Part shown: positions 22,581 to 35,599 of the stretch, one piece after another
Layout: every line of letters starts with the position of its first letter
Numbering within the stretch: position 1 is the stretch's first letter
Assembly: GCF_964194155.1 (NCBI RefSeq)
Contig: NC_135889.1
Location: forward strand, 108,810,001 to 108,874,000
Origin: Cetorhinus maximus
Taxonomy: Eukaryota
DNA length: 64,000 nucleotides
Direction: 5' to 3'
Translations under genes and position numbers: made by a program
Notes under the pieces: model-generated
Database searches by the model: none
Told to the model about the DNA's origin: nothing
Seen by the model: only the letters and a program-made list of their open reading frames with translations

Positions 22581-25500
22581 TGAGTTTTGTGATAAATACA
22601 GGATCAGATAATCAGCTCAGAATCAAATAAGACCCTGAGGTTGAGAAGAGTCTGCTTCAGCCTGAGGGAGGGCTGGAAGGATGATGGAGTCAGTGCAAAA
22701 GTTACAGAAATTGTGCTGGGCTTTGGTCCTCCTAGTGTTTAACTGGAGCAAATATGGCTCATCCAAGACAAGGCATAAAATGTCTGGCAGTGCAGAGAAG
22801 CATGAGGAAAGCTGGTGTCAAGGTAGAGCTGGAGTATCGGTGAACATGTGCAAAATGATCCATATTTATGAGTGATATCACCAAAGATCAGAATGTAGAG
22901 AGTGGGCCAAGGATTAAATGAGAAAGAGAATGGGGCAAAGGAGAGACCCTCAGGTGACCTGCAAGGTAAATGTGCAGGGGTAGAAAGAGAAGTCGTTGGT
23001 AGGGACACTCTGACCACATCAGGTAGCCAAGAGTGCAGTCAAGCAAGGGCAGTAAACTGAGATGTAAAAGAGAGGAGGCGTCAGAAGAAGATGGCATGAT
23101 CACCCATGTGAGAAAGACAGCAACGAAGAGAAGAAGGATGAAAAGAGATAGTGTATCATGGCCAGTCACAGCTGTCATTGTGATTTGGTTAGGGCTGCTC
23201 TGGGGCTGTGGGCGGAATGGAAATATGATTGGAAAGATTCAAACAGGGAATTGCAGGTGATAACAGCATAGGCATGGATGGGAAGTGCCAAAACCTTCAA
23301 GGACCTTTGAAGGGCAAAGTTCGAAGTGGCGAGGTAGCTTGCAAGGATAGAGGGGCTGAGGATTTTTTTGTCTGAGGAATGGTATAACCAAAAAGCAGGA
23401 CCTTAGAAATTTATACATCAAATGTCACTGCTACTACTTTCATATTACTACTGTTTACACTAGTGATATGGAACAAACCGGAGGTCACAATCAAAAGTGT
23501 TTCAGAATACTGAGCAGGATGTTAATGTTTTGAAAAGGAATGAGACAATGCATGAGGAGCAGGAACTATTACGTGTCAGCTAACGTTGGGGTTAGGAAAG
23601 AGAGTTGGGAGGGCAAGTGTTAGTGCAACTCATATCAAGAGGAGCAGAGAGCCCTTGTGGGAAATATGGGGAGAGAAACAAGAGGAATACGGGCGATTGG
23701 GTCAAGATTGCAGGAGGGAGCAGTGAAGGTTTGGTTTTATGGTTAAGGCAATTGAGGCACTTAACAGATGGTGGTCTCTGTCTTGGTGACAAAGCATTCC
23801 ATTAACCCCTTGGATTTGCTGTTGGAAGTTAAGATGGATGGAGCAGGGTGAGGAGTTTGAGGAGCCAGTCACTAATTCAGAGAAGGATCCAATGGTTACC
23901 TTTGCCCTCCAGTATGACTGTAGAGTGGTGGACAATTTTGGCAGAAGAGAGTGAGGTCCAGTAGAACTTGATATATAGTCACTCAGATGGATATTGAGTC
24001 AGATGTGTGCCAACAACTCTCAAGTATATACCGTTGACCTGAGGGAGTGAAGAAGAGAGCTATAATTAACTGAACGACCAAGATGGGAGATGTTGATGGT
24101 TTTGATGGATATATGACTTTCGTGGTGAGACAGAGGTTGAGACTTTACCATGATTATCATTTTATTTGGCAATTTTACATTATTATATTTGAGCAGGCTG
24201 GCAATGGCAAGCAGTACAACACCCAGATAGTACCCAATGATGAAGATTCAAGTGAAGAATTGAAGCTTCCCTCATCAATGGGACAATCAGGCTACATTTT
24301 CTATATGGTGTAATTGCTGTGGTATAAATAAATAAGTCAGCGCATCAAGAGATCAGGGTCAAATCATAACTTTGATTGACATGTTTCACCTAGATCTTAG
24401 GCAGATCGTCATATACAGCGCTGCTTTCATTAGCAAAATGTTGCAAAGATGCTGGCAGTTGTCTAGCTTTCCTCTTTTGCAAATCATAGTGATGGACCAG
24501 AAAACAGGGGTAGGAACAAAATGAATGAATCTATATTCCGGTTTTTTGGGATGCGCTCAACAAAGCATTGCTGAATCCCTAAGCGCATTCAGGATGTTGA
24601 TTGTAAAAATTTTAATTAAGTTCCCATGTGCCCCTTGATAAAGCTTCTTTCTGTTTGCAGATGGGTGCTTAGCTGCCATTGCAATGTTAAATGCTTAGAA
24701 ACCTGTAGGTAAAGGTTAACTACCTCTGCAGTGAGAGGTTTGGATAGATTCTAAAATTTTTATTTTAAGACATTAATTGACCTTTACTTACAAATCAGTT
24801 AATGGCAGAATGAACTGAAAAAGCCATGGAATACTTTTGAGATTTTCATCAGGCTGTTTGTTTCAGAATCCATCTTCACCTTGTGAAGACCTGCTGTTTG
24901 AAAAGCTCTTCATTATTGCTTAAATATATGTCCAACTTTTAAACAAAGTACTTGAGCCTGATAGCACGCAAGGGAAGCGTATTCATCCATATATTGCTAA
25001 GCCAATTCGCAATGGCCTTTCTTGGTTTAACAACTTTTAAATACCACAGACTGACATAGTCATAGCACAAATACATGCAGATTAACGCAAAGACTTCTCA
25101 TTAGCTGGAAACCCAACTTTTGAAGCCTGATATTCAGGCAATGAGTTTAGAAAGATGCCTCCTTTTCCAAAAACAAGTGTGAGAGCCAGGGGTGCAAGGC
25201 AAAAAAATCAACAAGGAAAAGGTTTTGAGAAAGTAAGCAAAAGTTTAAAAAAAAACACAGCAGAATCAGAGGAACAATAGAATGAGCAGAATTACTATTT
25301 AAATTGGTTCATTCCAAAGCTTAATTTTTATCTTGTTAATCTTAAAACTGTTGGCACCTAGCACAATTGAATGGGCTTTCAAAAGTAAGTAATTTATTTA
25401 AAAAAAGAGATTTAGATATTAATTTGATATTTAAACATTAAAATTAATTTTTTTGTAAAACAAAAATGACATTAAAACTTTGCACATAAACTTTTAGTTC

Positions 25501-26202
25501 CATTTTTTAAGGATTGCATAGGCTGTTCAGTTTTCACCGCTCCTTCAAATGAATTACCATAAGTTTCTATTTGGGTAGTTTATAAAAATTAAAAGATTAA
25601 ATTTTTCAAACCTGGGAGCATTTATGTGCAGCAATTATGAGAAGTAACATTTTGTGCGTGAGTATAAAATGTAGTAAAAAATGAACACACCAAGTACCTC
25701 CAATCAAAAAAGATAATGGCCAAGAACCTTATGCACCATGTCATGCTGAAGCTGCTGTTTTGTGAGAAAACAGCAGGACAAAGTAACTTTGGGGGAAAAA
25801 AAATAATGCCTTTTGTAACTATTATTTGATTTAGTGAACTGTCTGAATCTGTCTTGCGAGCGGATAGTAGCTGCTTAAAGCATATAGGCTCAGTGCAGGG
25901 CAACACAATACTTTAAATAACTTGGTTCTATGATATGTTTTTCTAAGTAATTAATCACTATACCACCAGGCATGTTTACAGTGCACTTAATCAAACGTTA
26001 TACTGTCAGCTTGTCACTGTAATAATGAAAAAGCTGCAGTAGCTTGCTTTGGCACAAAATTTCAAATTAGAAACAAAGAAATTATTGGGCCCAGAAAATA
26101 TTTTTAACCACAAGCTTGTTGGCATTCTAATTTATCAAACGATAAGAAAAATGGCCATTACTCTATCGAGCCAAGGACATCCGTGATCCCAATATTACCT
26201 TT

Positions 26203-26238
26203 CTATATATATATATATATGATATAATATATATGATA
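26203..26238. repeat. (TA)n microsatellite
   Basis: TATATATATATATATATGATATAATATATATGATAT. Confidence 0.8.
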
Positions 26239-26427
26239 TCAATTTCTTTACAAGACATAATCATGTGATTATTTAACATATCCTTTCTTTAATACAGCAT
26301 GTGGAGACTTTGCTATGTTTCTGCTTGAAGGGGCTATTTTGGCCATTTAAATACTTGTGCTACTACACTCCCATTGAAGCAGGGAGTAATTGTCAATTCT
26401 TGACATTGTGGAGAAGGGAAAGGCATG

Positions 26428-26476
26428 CCGATGCTGCCAGACCTGCTGAGTTTTTCCAGGTAATTCTGTTTTTGTT
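26428..26476 (+). mobile_element. 49-bp Penelope-like terminal insertion with perfect 14-bp TSD
   Basis: AAGGGAAAGGCATG at 26414-26427 and 26477-26490. The insert is the exact reverse complement of 1705-1753. Confidence 0.85.
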
Positions 26477-26924
26477 AAGGGAAAGGCATGTCCCTTTGTG
26501 CTGAAGATAAAGCCAAACATATTCCTCAATGTTGCATTTGGATTTACATTCATTTTTGACTGTACAGATTCCAAACATAAGGCCATATTATTGTCTACGT
26601 GCTAATTTTAGCAAGTAATTGAATTTTTACTAAGCATATTGCAGCAGGAATAGAAAGCAGTCATGCAATATTTGTCCACTTGTATCATTGCTCCAAGATT
26701 TGTTCCCTATCCAGATAGGTTTGGGGCAATTCGTGATTTTTTTTAAAAAGTGGCTTTTTAATTCCTACGGCTTGGTTAACTGAATCAGACAATATAAGGG
26801 ATGGGCACATATAAACAAACAAAAATCATTGGAGCCCAGAGCACAATTAACTTATCCTAATAAATTAAGTGAGCTGGGAGATTTGAAATATCACCATAGC
26901 AGTGAGAGGACGAAAAAAGAGATG

Positions 26925-27895
26925 CTTTTGTATCTTTCACATCTGTTGGGACATCGCAAAGTGCTTCATAGTCAATGGATTACTTTTGAAATGCAGTGAC
27001 TGTTGTTACGTAGGCAAATGCAGCAGTCAATTTGCTCATGGTAAAGTCTCATAGATAGCCAGTGAAATTGAGACCAGAGGTGAAGGGCATGATTTTAACT
27101 CCCTCAAAACCTACCCACAGAGTTACAGTCAAACCTGAATACTCTGCAATTAGGAATAAGTCATTGCTCCTCACTTTGTAAATTGTAACTGTACCTAATA
27201 AGCTCCTGTGGTATAGCCATGCTGAATGATGCTTCAGACATATGATGGAACTGCCTGCTTTGTTAAGTTGTATTGCATGGCAAGAAATGCTTTCTATTAA
27301 AAAAAAACACTTCCATTGCTTTCAACAACTCAACTCTCCATAAAGCTGAAGTCTGCCCAAGTTTTAAATGCAGCTTTCATGTCTATGAGTCTATCCTGAC
27401 ACTTAGTCTACTCCTGAACAGGACACGAGGGAAGTTTATCTGCTGGTCAATGCTCTGATCTCCAGCACTTAACTTCTTTCACTATCTCATCTATAACCTC
27501 TGACCATTTTCCTCCCTCTTTACAACCTTGTCCTTTTCTGGTTCATTAATATGGCTATAATCAGAGCTTCTCGGGGCTCTGCCCCAATCAGAAAGACTAG
27601 GATTATGCAGTTGTTGAATAAACAATGAAACATCAATGAGATGAATAAATTAATCTGTTTTCACGATATTTGTTGAGGGATAAATGTTAACCAGAACACT
27701 GGGAGAACTCGCCTGCTCGACTTCAAATTGTGCCATGGAACTTATTTGGTTTATTTGAATAGGTTAATAGGCCTCACCTCATCTGCAAAGCGATGTAGCG
27801 CTCCCTGAATATTACACTGAAGTATCTAGAGCGATGCTCAAACCCATGTCTGATCAGTAGGGTTGAGAATGTTGCCACTGAGCCACACTGACACT
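26925..27895 (-). mobile_element. Deu-domain SINE split by a ~550-bp insertion
   Basis: 3' part 26925-27075 (GGGACATCGCAAAGTGCTTCATAGTCAATG). 5' part 27625-27895 (GTTGAGGGATAAATGTTAACCAGAACACTGGGAGAACTC...CCACTGAGCCACACTGACA). Confidence 0.55.
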
Positions 27896-29504
27896 AGGGG
27901 AAGAGAACTGTGTGTTAGGCAAACAAAAATTCTACAGATTGAGACTTCTCAATAGCGTGGTTTGGAGAATCGTGAACATCTTATAGGTTCTGCTATTGCC
28001 ACGCCCCTGACTGACTGAATAAGGAAACCTGCACCATTGCTCCGGGCCCTTCATCTTGGTTTCTCAATTGAAAAGAGTGAACAGCCTTAAATCAAAACAA
28101 CAGAAAAAAAGAAAATCTCCCACAGCAGGCAAGAGATAGCAATTCTTCAAAATCCAGTTTAAACATCCAGCACTTTAGAGTACGTTCCATGATTAATGAA
28201 ATGGTTACAATAAACAACACTGTATGGGAGTGATTGCTTGAGGGAAGACTGCAACTTTTTGTATTGGATAAGTTACAGTAGCAAGCCTTAACCTCAGGAA
28301 GTGTACTCTATGTCTTAGAAAAGAAAATTAAAGTCAGCTGAATGTTTATTCGTTGCCAACACAGTGATTGCCCCTCCGCATCTTGACTTCTCAATGATGA
28401 GAAACAACGCAAATTGGGGAACACATTTGCCATGTTGCAAAAAGAGAACACTAGGAGGCAGCAAGAACAGCACTTAATATGAGGTAATGAATGGAATGTT
28501 TATTTGAAGAGCCTAAGATACATTAAACATCAAGCCTGAAAATGCACTTTAACTTCTATTGCATTAATTGCTTTCTGTCAGAAAGCACACAGCACACGAC
28601 ATTATCATCACCACTTTAACTGTTCACATTCAAATTGGACAATGGTTTGAATTAAGCAAATAGCAGTAACCAAAATTCATTACCACTATTATCAATTACA
28701 AAGTTACAGCTTACAGTGTTTAAGATATAATCGACTATTTCAAGTGGAAGGTGAGCACTCTGCGTCTTGATGAGCTACAATTACTTATGATGTATACCCA
28801 ATCACCTCCAAGTGGTGCTTGCTAATACTGAAGGTGTTTGCAAAAATTGTGAACAATGATTGACAAATATGTGAACAGGGCAGTGTTCTGGCCTCAGTTA
28901 GATTTTTAGAATTTGTTAAGAAAGGTTTTTACATGCTACGGTGATATTCGAAACTCGTCTTCACTTTCAATATTTCCCGATTTAAGAAATTCTACGTTGA
29001 GAGTTATCTGTTGATGACAATTTGCAATTTAAGCCACTCCTTCTGTTCCCTGCACAAACAATATGAATTCACATAAATCATTCAATGCATATAGCAGCAA
29101 TTCGTGTTAGCTCCAAACAGCCCATGGTAAATACTGTGGACTTTGCATAGGTGCACGCTGATGGACCTCAGCAGCTTATAAGCACCTGCGGTTACCTGGG
29201 ATGTCCTACTCAGAGAAAGGACCTCAAAAGGCACAGGCCGGGTTCACAAAAGTGTGTCATAGTCAAGTTCATGGTCCCAGACTATTGTGAGCAATGCTGC
29301 AGGAGCTCTGCTCATTTTTAAAATTTATGGTATCACTCAGCCCTCCCTTTTACCTGTGATATTCTGAAAAGGCATTTGAAACATGTCTTCTTATTGTCAT
29401 TCTAGCATCAGCATAAGATGATGGATGCGAAGCTGTTGGGGATGGAGCGGCTTCATATGGCTGATGGCTGAAGAGACCAATCCACGAGAAGCAGGTTTGC
29501 CAAA

Positions 29505-29880
29505 CATCACAGAATGGTTGCAGTGCAGAGGGAGGCCATTCAGCCCATCATATTTGCACTGGCTCTCCGAATGAGCATTTCACCTAGTGCCACTCCCCTG
29601 CCTCCTCTCCATAACCCTGAAGATTGTTTCTTTTTAAATAATCATCTATTCGTCTCTTGAATGCATTGAGTGAACCTGCCTCCACCACACTCCCAGGTAG
29701 TGTATTTCGGACCCTAACCATTCACTGTGTGAAAAAGCTTTTTTCCTCATATTGCTTTCGCCAATTATTTTAAATTCCACTTGCTCTCATGGCAGGATAT
29801 GAACCCACGCCCCCAGAGCAGTAACTGGGGCCACTGAATTACTAGCCTCATGATATTGCCACTAACCACCACCTCCCCCA
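29505..29880 (-). mobile_element. CR1 3' end followed by a tRNA-SINE head
   Basis: CACAGAATGGTTGCAGTGCAGAGGGAGGCCATTCAGCCCATC (CR1 tail). 29790-29880 is the reverse complement of the 42642-family head. Confidence 0.7.
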
Positions 29881-31804
29881 TATGCGGTATGTGAAGTGGT
29901 GGTGTTGTGGGTTGTTGTTTTCGGGGTTGGTGCCTGTTGCTAAGCCCCTGAAACCACTGATATTTCTTCTCCTGCCATCAGTTTAAAAGCATGAAACATG
30001 CCATCAAGGGAGAGACCAATAATTGTACAGAGCAAGCCCTTTATGACGTGCAGTAATCCTCAACAATGGACATGGCACCTTTTTTCCTTTAAAATGAAGG
30101 ATTTCCCTCCAGGAAAATGGAGTATTGTCTCATTTCTGGAACCCGATGAAAGCATGAATTACCCCCTGGCATTGTACAGGTTAGAAGCAGAAGAAACCTC
30201 ATCTATTTTTCCCAGGTACATGCCTTGACAAAAACCTTGGGGGAGCACACCCAAGTTTCCTTTGCCAGTTATTCTCATAGCATCTCTGATGGAAATTGCC
30301 AATTTAATACCAATCTTCAGATTGTTTTTGCACAGTAGATTTGAGCTCCTTAGGAACTGGATTCATTTCGCATAGGATCCTTAAAGCTAACACAAAGCAA
30401 AAATGCTTCAATCTTATTAGCTGGAGTTGTGATTAAATCCATTAAATGAAAGGGCAGTGAGCCAACCTCCTGTTCTAGCCATTCCCCTATATCATTCTAT
30501 TTATAATATATACACAAGTGTCAGGGTGCATTTACACTACGACAATTAGAGTGGAAATGGAGTGTTAGGACCTAAGCTGACACCAGAGTGAAGGAGAGTC
30601 TTTCATCTGGAGATTCACACTCCAATGTATTTTGAAGAGTCAGTTCAAAATGTCACACCTGATTTATGCTCCAAGTTCAACATCACTGCAAAATGGCTTC
30701 AACGTCACACCACTGCTAAACTTGGAGTGTGAGTGACGTGTAAGAATGCATGGCTGAAAAACAGGGCATTATTTCCCAGTAAAAGCCCATTATAAAAACA
30801 GAAGATGCCGGAGATACACAGCTAGTTGGTCAGCACCTGTAGAGAGAAAGGTTTCAGGTATAACATGTCTTTGGAAATGAGAAATGAAAGATAAGTGGGC
30901 ATTTTAGTAGCTGTCAAAAAATAGGACAGCGGGAAAGAAAAGTGTTTAAATGGTGTTCTCTCTGTACCTCCTGCAAAGCATCTGGTGATTGAATGGGAGC
31001 AGGTCTGAGGGAAGTCCTGGCCAATGACATAAATGAATTAACAGATCTTAAGTGAGGCAATGAAAAGACGTTAAAGCAATAGAATATGCAAATAGATAAT
31101 ATTAAATATTAATATTTATTAATAATAATACTCTTCAACAACTGAAGTCAGATGCAGAGCTGTGCTACCTGCTCTAAGGAAACCTATGCCTAACCTGCAC
31201 CATAGGGATGGTGTAACTTACAACAGTACTTGTCAGAGGTGGCTTTAATCCATTAGATGGATGCTGCATGGACCAGCATAGAGGGCAACTGTCTTGATAA
31301 CCACCTCATGAACCACTACCTACACCTCAGCAGCCAGCAAACAGAGGACTAAATAATGGGCCATTCCATCACTTGCAGGCTCATCCCTGTGTTTGGGGTT
31401 TCACCTCTTTTCATTTTTGTCTATAACTTCACAGTTCCTTGTCCCTTTAACCTGGGAAAAGTTTGCTAATGGATTGAGATGCCTTTTAAAGGCTTTCATA
31501 ATTTTTGTGTCGCCTTATATAATTTCACTTACTTGCAATTTTCCATTCCCATTGTTAGTGTGCCCCACCTTTCTTCCAAAATCTGCACCAGAATTAATGA
31601 ATAATTATACAAGTGAACGGTCAAAGGAAATTTGAGTGCTAGTTTAATTACACCAATTCAGGTGGCATTAGCACTCAGGGGACAGAACTCAGTCTCTAGA
31701 TGCCCTGATGTATGTTACAAACTTATATAACAAACAAGGAGAATAGGTAATCCTGAATCATTTGAGCTTTTCACCCACATTTTATAAGAAAGTAAAACTG
31801 GCAA

Positions 31805-32207
31805 GCACTATTCATGATCTAGGAGCATCCCAAAGCACTTCACAGCCAATGAAGTTGTTTTTTTGCAGTGTGGTTGTAATGTAAAAGACATGACAGCCAA
31901 TTTGGGCACAAGGTCCCATTAACAGCTATGTGTTAACAGCCAGGCAATCTGTTTTGATGATGTTGATTGAGGGAAAACTATTGGCCAGGACAGCAAGGAA
32001 TGCTTTACTGCTCTTCCTCGAAATAGTGCCATGAGATCTTCTACATCCACCTGAGTGGGAAGGGCTCGGTTTAACACCTCATCTGGACCGTGCAGCTCCC
32101 CCTCTGTGCTGCACTGGAGTGTCAGCCTAGAGAATGTGCTCAAGTGTCTAAAGTGGGACTTGAGTCCATAACCTTCTGACTCAGAGCCTGAGCGCTGCCA
32201 CTGACAC
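31805..32207 (-). mobile_element. Deu-domain SINE, near full length
   Basis: Reverse-complement tRNA head (GTGGGACTTGAG...ACCTTCTGACTCAGAG) and Deu domain (AATAGTGCCATGAGATCTTCTACATCCACCTGAG...CTCGGTTTAACACCTCATC). Confidence 0.75.
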
Positions 32208-34109
32208 CATTTGGTCCCACCAATTATCAGTGCTGTGTTAAGTTAGTGGAATCCCTGGCAGCTCTGTAGCTTTACAGCTCCCAGAGATCAGGTGGGGGCT
32301 AACTGAATTCCTTTTATTTAATTTTAGGCTGATAGAGGAGATGTTCATCTCAACATAGTGGAGTGGGTCTCAGACCAGATTCCAGAGATGAAAGGGTTCT
32401 GTGCAACACAACTCAGTCACACAACTTTCCTGATACATAGAAAGCAGTTCATACCTTGTGAAACACACTTGTTATTCCTTGTCTGTGAACGCACAAAATC
32501 CAATGTTGTTTTGTCTAAAACTTCCTTCCAGAGCAGTTTGATTTATGCAGTCTTGAACCACTATCTCGCTATAACTGATATACAAGACGTTTTGTTTAAA
32601 AGATATCAGTAACTGTAATTTCAAAGAATAATTGATACATTAGAACTTCTAACTTCTTGATTCTAAATGAAAGATTTACACACCTCTAAATTGTTTCACT
32701 GTTGCCTGTTCCACCTTCTTCTTTGTGAAGAAATGCGGGGTCTTTGAGCTGGTCTCGGGCTTTAGCAAAGCACTTCTGGGAATTAAGTTCTAAGAGAACA
32801 TTTCTGAGAAATCCCTTTGCTCGGTGCTCATCAAGATTTCTTCCACAAGTTTTTTTTCCCCTCAGAACTCTGACTATCCCCCATGATTTCTTTCATTTTT
32901 TTTTCCTCTGAAAGTGAATTCATGATTCAAAAGGCTAATCAAAAGCAAGTGTAATGGGAGAAGTCGCAGAGAATTTCACAAACCACTCATACTTTTGAGA
33001 CTGTGTCTTCATTTTGTCAGTAGAAGGGACAGCACAAGTGACATGCTGCACTAAGCAGTGAGCCTGGGTTCTACTGTGGCAGTCTGGCATTGCCAAAGCA
33101 AAGACATTTTGCCAGACCTTAACCAAATCTACTTTGAAATATGAACATCACCTGCTGATGTAGGAAGAATTAATTAATCTGTGTTTTTTATCACTGCAGG
33201 AGGCTCATCTGCATCGTCTTCAGTGTAAATTGACCTTCAGAAAATTGATGATCCATTTAAATAAAATATGAAGAAATGAATCTAATCCTATTGATCAGGA
33301 TTTCTTTTAATATCACAAATCCACTTTGATAAAGACACAAGCAAACAACTGATGCCAGTATGTGTGACTTATTCCTAGATTTGTGCGCTTAGGTGATAAT
33401 TTCATAGGAAGACCTCAAGCAATTACTTCAACCTCTTGACCAGCGCAGTTGCACAGACACCAAACAATGCGAAACACAATTAAACATAAACTGGCTCTTT
33501 TGCACACAGGCCAAGTGTGGTCTTCGGGTCAAGGAGAGTTAGAAAGTATTGAGGATAGTTAACAAGGAAGAGTCATGGGGAAGGGAGTGGATGGGGGAGG
33601 GCAAGGAGAAGAGAGGAAGGGAGAAAAGAAGAGGAGAGAAGGGGCAGGAGGAGAAGAGTAGAGTGAAAAGGAGATGAAATAGCAGGGGTTGATCAAGCAA
33701 ATTAGTCCGTCTTGGATGATGTATAGAGCATCTCAAGTGCTTTTGCAGCCTCATATATCCAAATGAGTGGGGAATATTTCAGGATTCAGGAGTCATGTTA
33801 TTCATTACAGAGTACTCAACCTCTTGTAACCAGGATATTTTGTGGTATTCCATATGTTGAGGGTAGAGGACTCAGCAATGCTGCTGCCATTGAAGACGAA
33901 GGGCAGATAACTGGCTTTCTTTCTGTACGAGATGGACAGATGGACAGATGTGACCTGCCATTTGTCAGCCTGGATGTTATATGGTTGTTATATTATCGGC
34001 TGGTTCATTACCAGAGGACTTGTGAATGAAACTGGCACTGTGGAGTCATCAGCAATGGGGAAGGTCATTGGTGGAGCAGCTGAAGAACTTTGAGCCGGGG
34101 GTGTTTTCT

Positions 34110-34308
34110 CCTCTGAATCATAAGGTTTTGGATTCAAGTCCCACTCCAGGGTTAGAAGGCACCTCCCTCAGCACTGTACTGATGTCCTGGTGTCTCTGGA
34201 GTACGACTTAAACCAACAACCTCTAACTCAGAGGCAAGTGAGCAATGACTGAGCCACAGCAGACACCCAATGGGGAACCTAATAGAAATTTTCAAAATTA
34301 CTAGCAGT
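34110..34308. repeat. Left arm of a 199-bp inverted repeat (partner 35257-35455)
   Basis: Ungapped reverse-complement alignment, 9 mismatches in 199 by hand count. Confidence 0.92.
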
Positions 34309-34319
34309 GATGTCTGAGG

Positions 34320-35000
34320 CTGTGAATACTAGCCTCTTTGTAAGCATAAGCATCTTTCTTTGTATCAGGTATGACTCCAGCCATCAGAAGTTTTTCCTTT
34401 TGACCTCATTGATCTAGGGTGCTATGGTGCCATTCTCAGTCTGATTGTTGCTAAATGTTGAGGTCAGCAGCTCTCATCTCTTTTCTGACATTGAACTTTT
34501 GTGTCCACATCTGGATCAATGTTGTGATGAGGCCTAGAATCAAATGGTTCTGGTGAAACCTGAATTGAGGATCGGTTAACATAAATCTTTGATGAGCAGG
34601 TACCATTTAATGCCACAACTGAAGGCTCCTTCCATCACTTTACTGACGATTGAGAGGAAACAAATAGGGTGATAATTGACAAGGTTAGGTTTATCCTGTT
34701 TCTTTGCCAATTATATACTATCGGGTAAATGCCAGATTCACAAATGCATTGGAGCAAACAGTGTGTGTTTGGCTCTGGTGCACAAGTCTTCTGGACTACA
34801 ACAGAGATGTTGCCCTGCCCTTGACCTTTGCTGTACCCATATAGTCCTCTTAATCATTTCTTGATGCCACTTGGAATGAACCGATTTGCTGGATGGTAGC
34901 ATCTATGACAGTTGTTATGCCAGGTCATTCACTCAATACTTTTAGTTGGGGGGCAGTTGCAAATCAGCCTTGTCTGTTGGCATCAATACTAACTCTGCAG
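34320..35000 (-). mobile_element. Ancient RT fragment of a CR1/L2-group LINE
   Basis: Diverged similarity to 39530-40200 (e.g. TATGACTCCAGCCATCAGAAGTTTTTCC versus TATGACTCCAACCAGCGGAGAGTTTTCC). Confidence 0.55.
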
Positions 35001-35256
35001 CTTTCTTCAGGCCATTTTGCATATCATCCCATATTTACCCCAAAATTTCACTTCCTGTGGATACCCATTTACCCTGATCAGATGGTGGCAGACTTGTGAT
35101 AATACATTGCCTATTCTAATCACCCTCTGTATTGAAAGAAACTTCTGACTTCCTTTTTGTTCTTCTAGTTTTTCTAGTTTTTGATAATCCAGTTTTTGAT
35201 GTCTCATTGCCAGATCATATTCGAGTCAAAACAATCTTCCGCTATTTATCCACAAA

Positions 35257-35455
35257 ACTGCTAGTAATTTTGAAAATTTCTCTTAGGTTCCCCATTGGGT
35301 GTCTGCTGTGGCTCAGTCATTGCTCACTTGCCTCTGAGTTAGAGGTTGTGGGTTTAAGTCCCACTCCAGAGACACCAGGACATCAGTACAGTGCTGAGGG
35401 AGGTGCCTTCTATCCCCGGAGGGGGACTTGAATCCGAAACCTTGTGATTCAGAGG
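35257..35455. repeat. Right arm of the 199-bp inverted repeat; spans a CR1 fragment/SINE junction
   Basis: Continuous with the minus-strand CR1-like remnant 35080-35295 and the fold-back SINE 35300-35487. Confidence 0.9.
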
Positions 35456-35487
35456 TGAGTGTTCCACTGACTGAGCCACAGCTGACA
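35300..35487. mobile_element. Two convergent tRNA-like SINE heads forming a fold-back
   Basis: Ends TGTCTGCTGTGGCTCAGTCA / TGACTGAGCCACAGCTGACA (19/20 inverted). Each arm has A-box-like (TGGCTCAGT) and B-box-like (GGTTTAAGTCC / GATTCAAGTCC) motifs. Confidence 0.75.
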
Positions 35488-35599
35488 TAACTGAATGTTG
35501 AAAGGCTGAGTCCTGGCTGAGCTCATTGGGATTGGCAAAGAGTCCAGTTGGTGGGAATGAGATATCAAGAGGGAATGGTCCTCGGCAAAGAATTAGTGT

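Larger units (their letters stand above)
18022..23950 (-). mobile_element. Old L2 LINE split by the Harbinger element (18079-21548) and a CR1 (22085-22580)
   Basis: L2 tail AACTTGCATTTATATAGTGG at 18024. L2-like sequence resumes at 21552 (GGGTGACCAAAAGTTTGG...) and again after 22580. The distal boundary is approximate. Confidence 0.65.

Noticed and set aside
27085-27136. Tiny hairpin with a Harbinger-like left end (GGGCATGATTTTAACTC)
   Set aside because: The right arm matches poorly and no TSD is evident.
33570-33680. Purine-rich tract and hydrophobic minus-strand ORF
   Set aside because: Low-complexity GA-rich sequence. No mirror symmetry or coding evidence.
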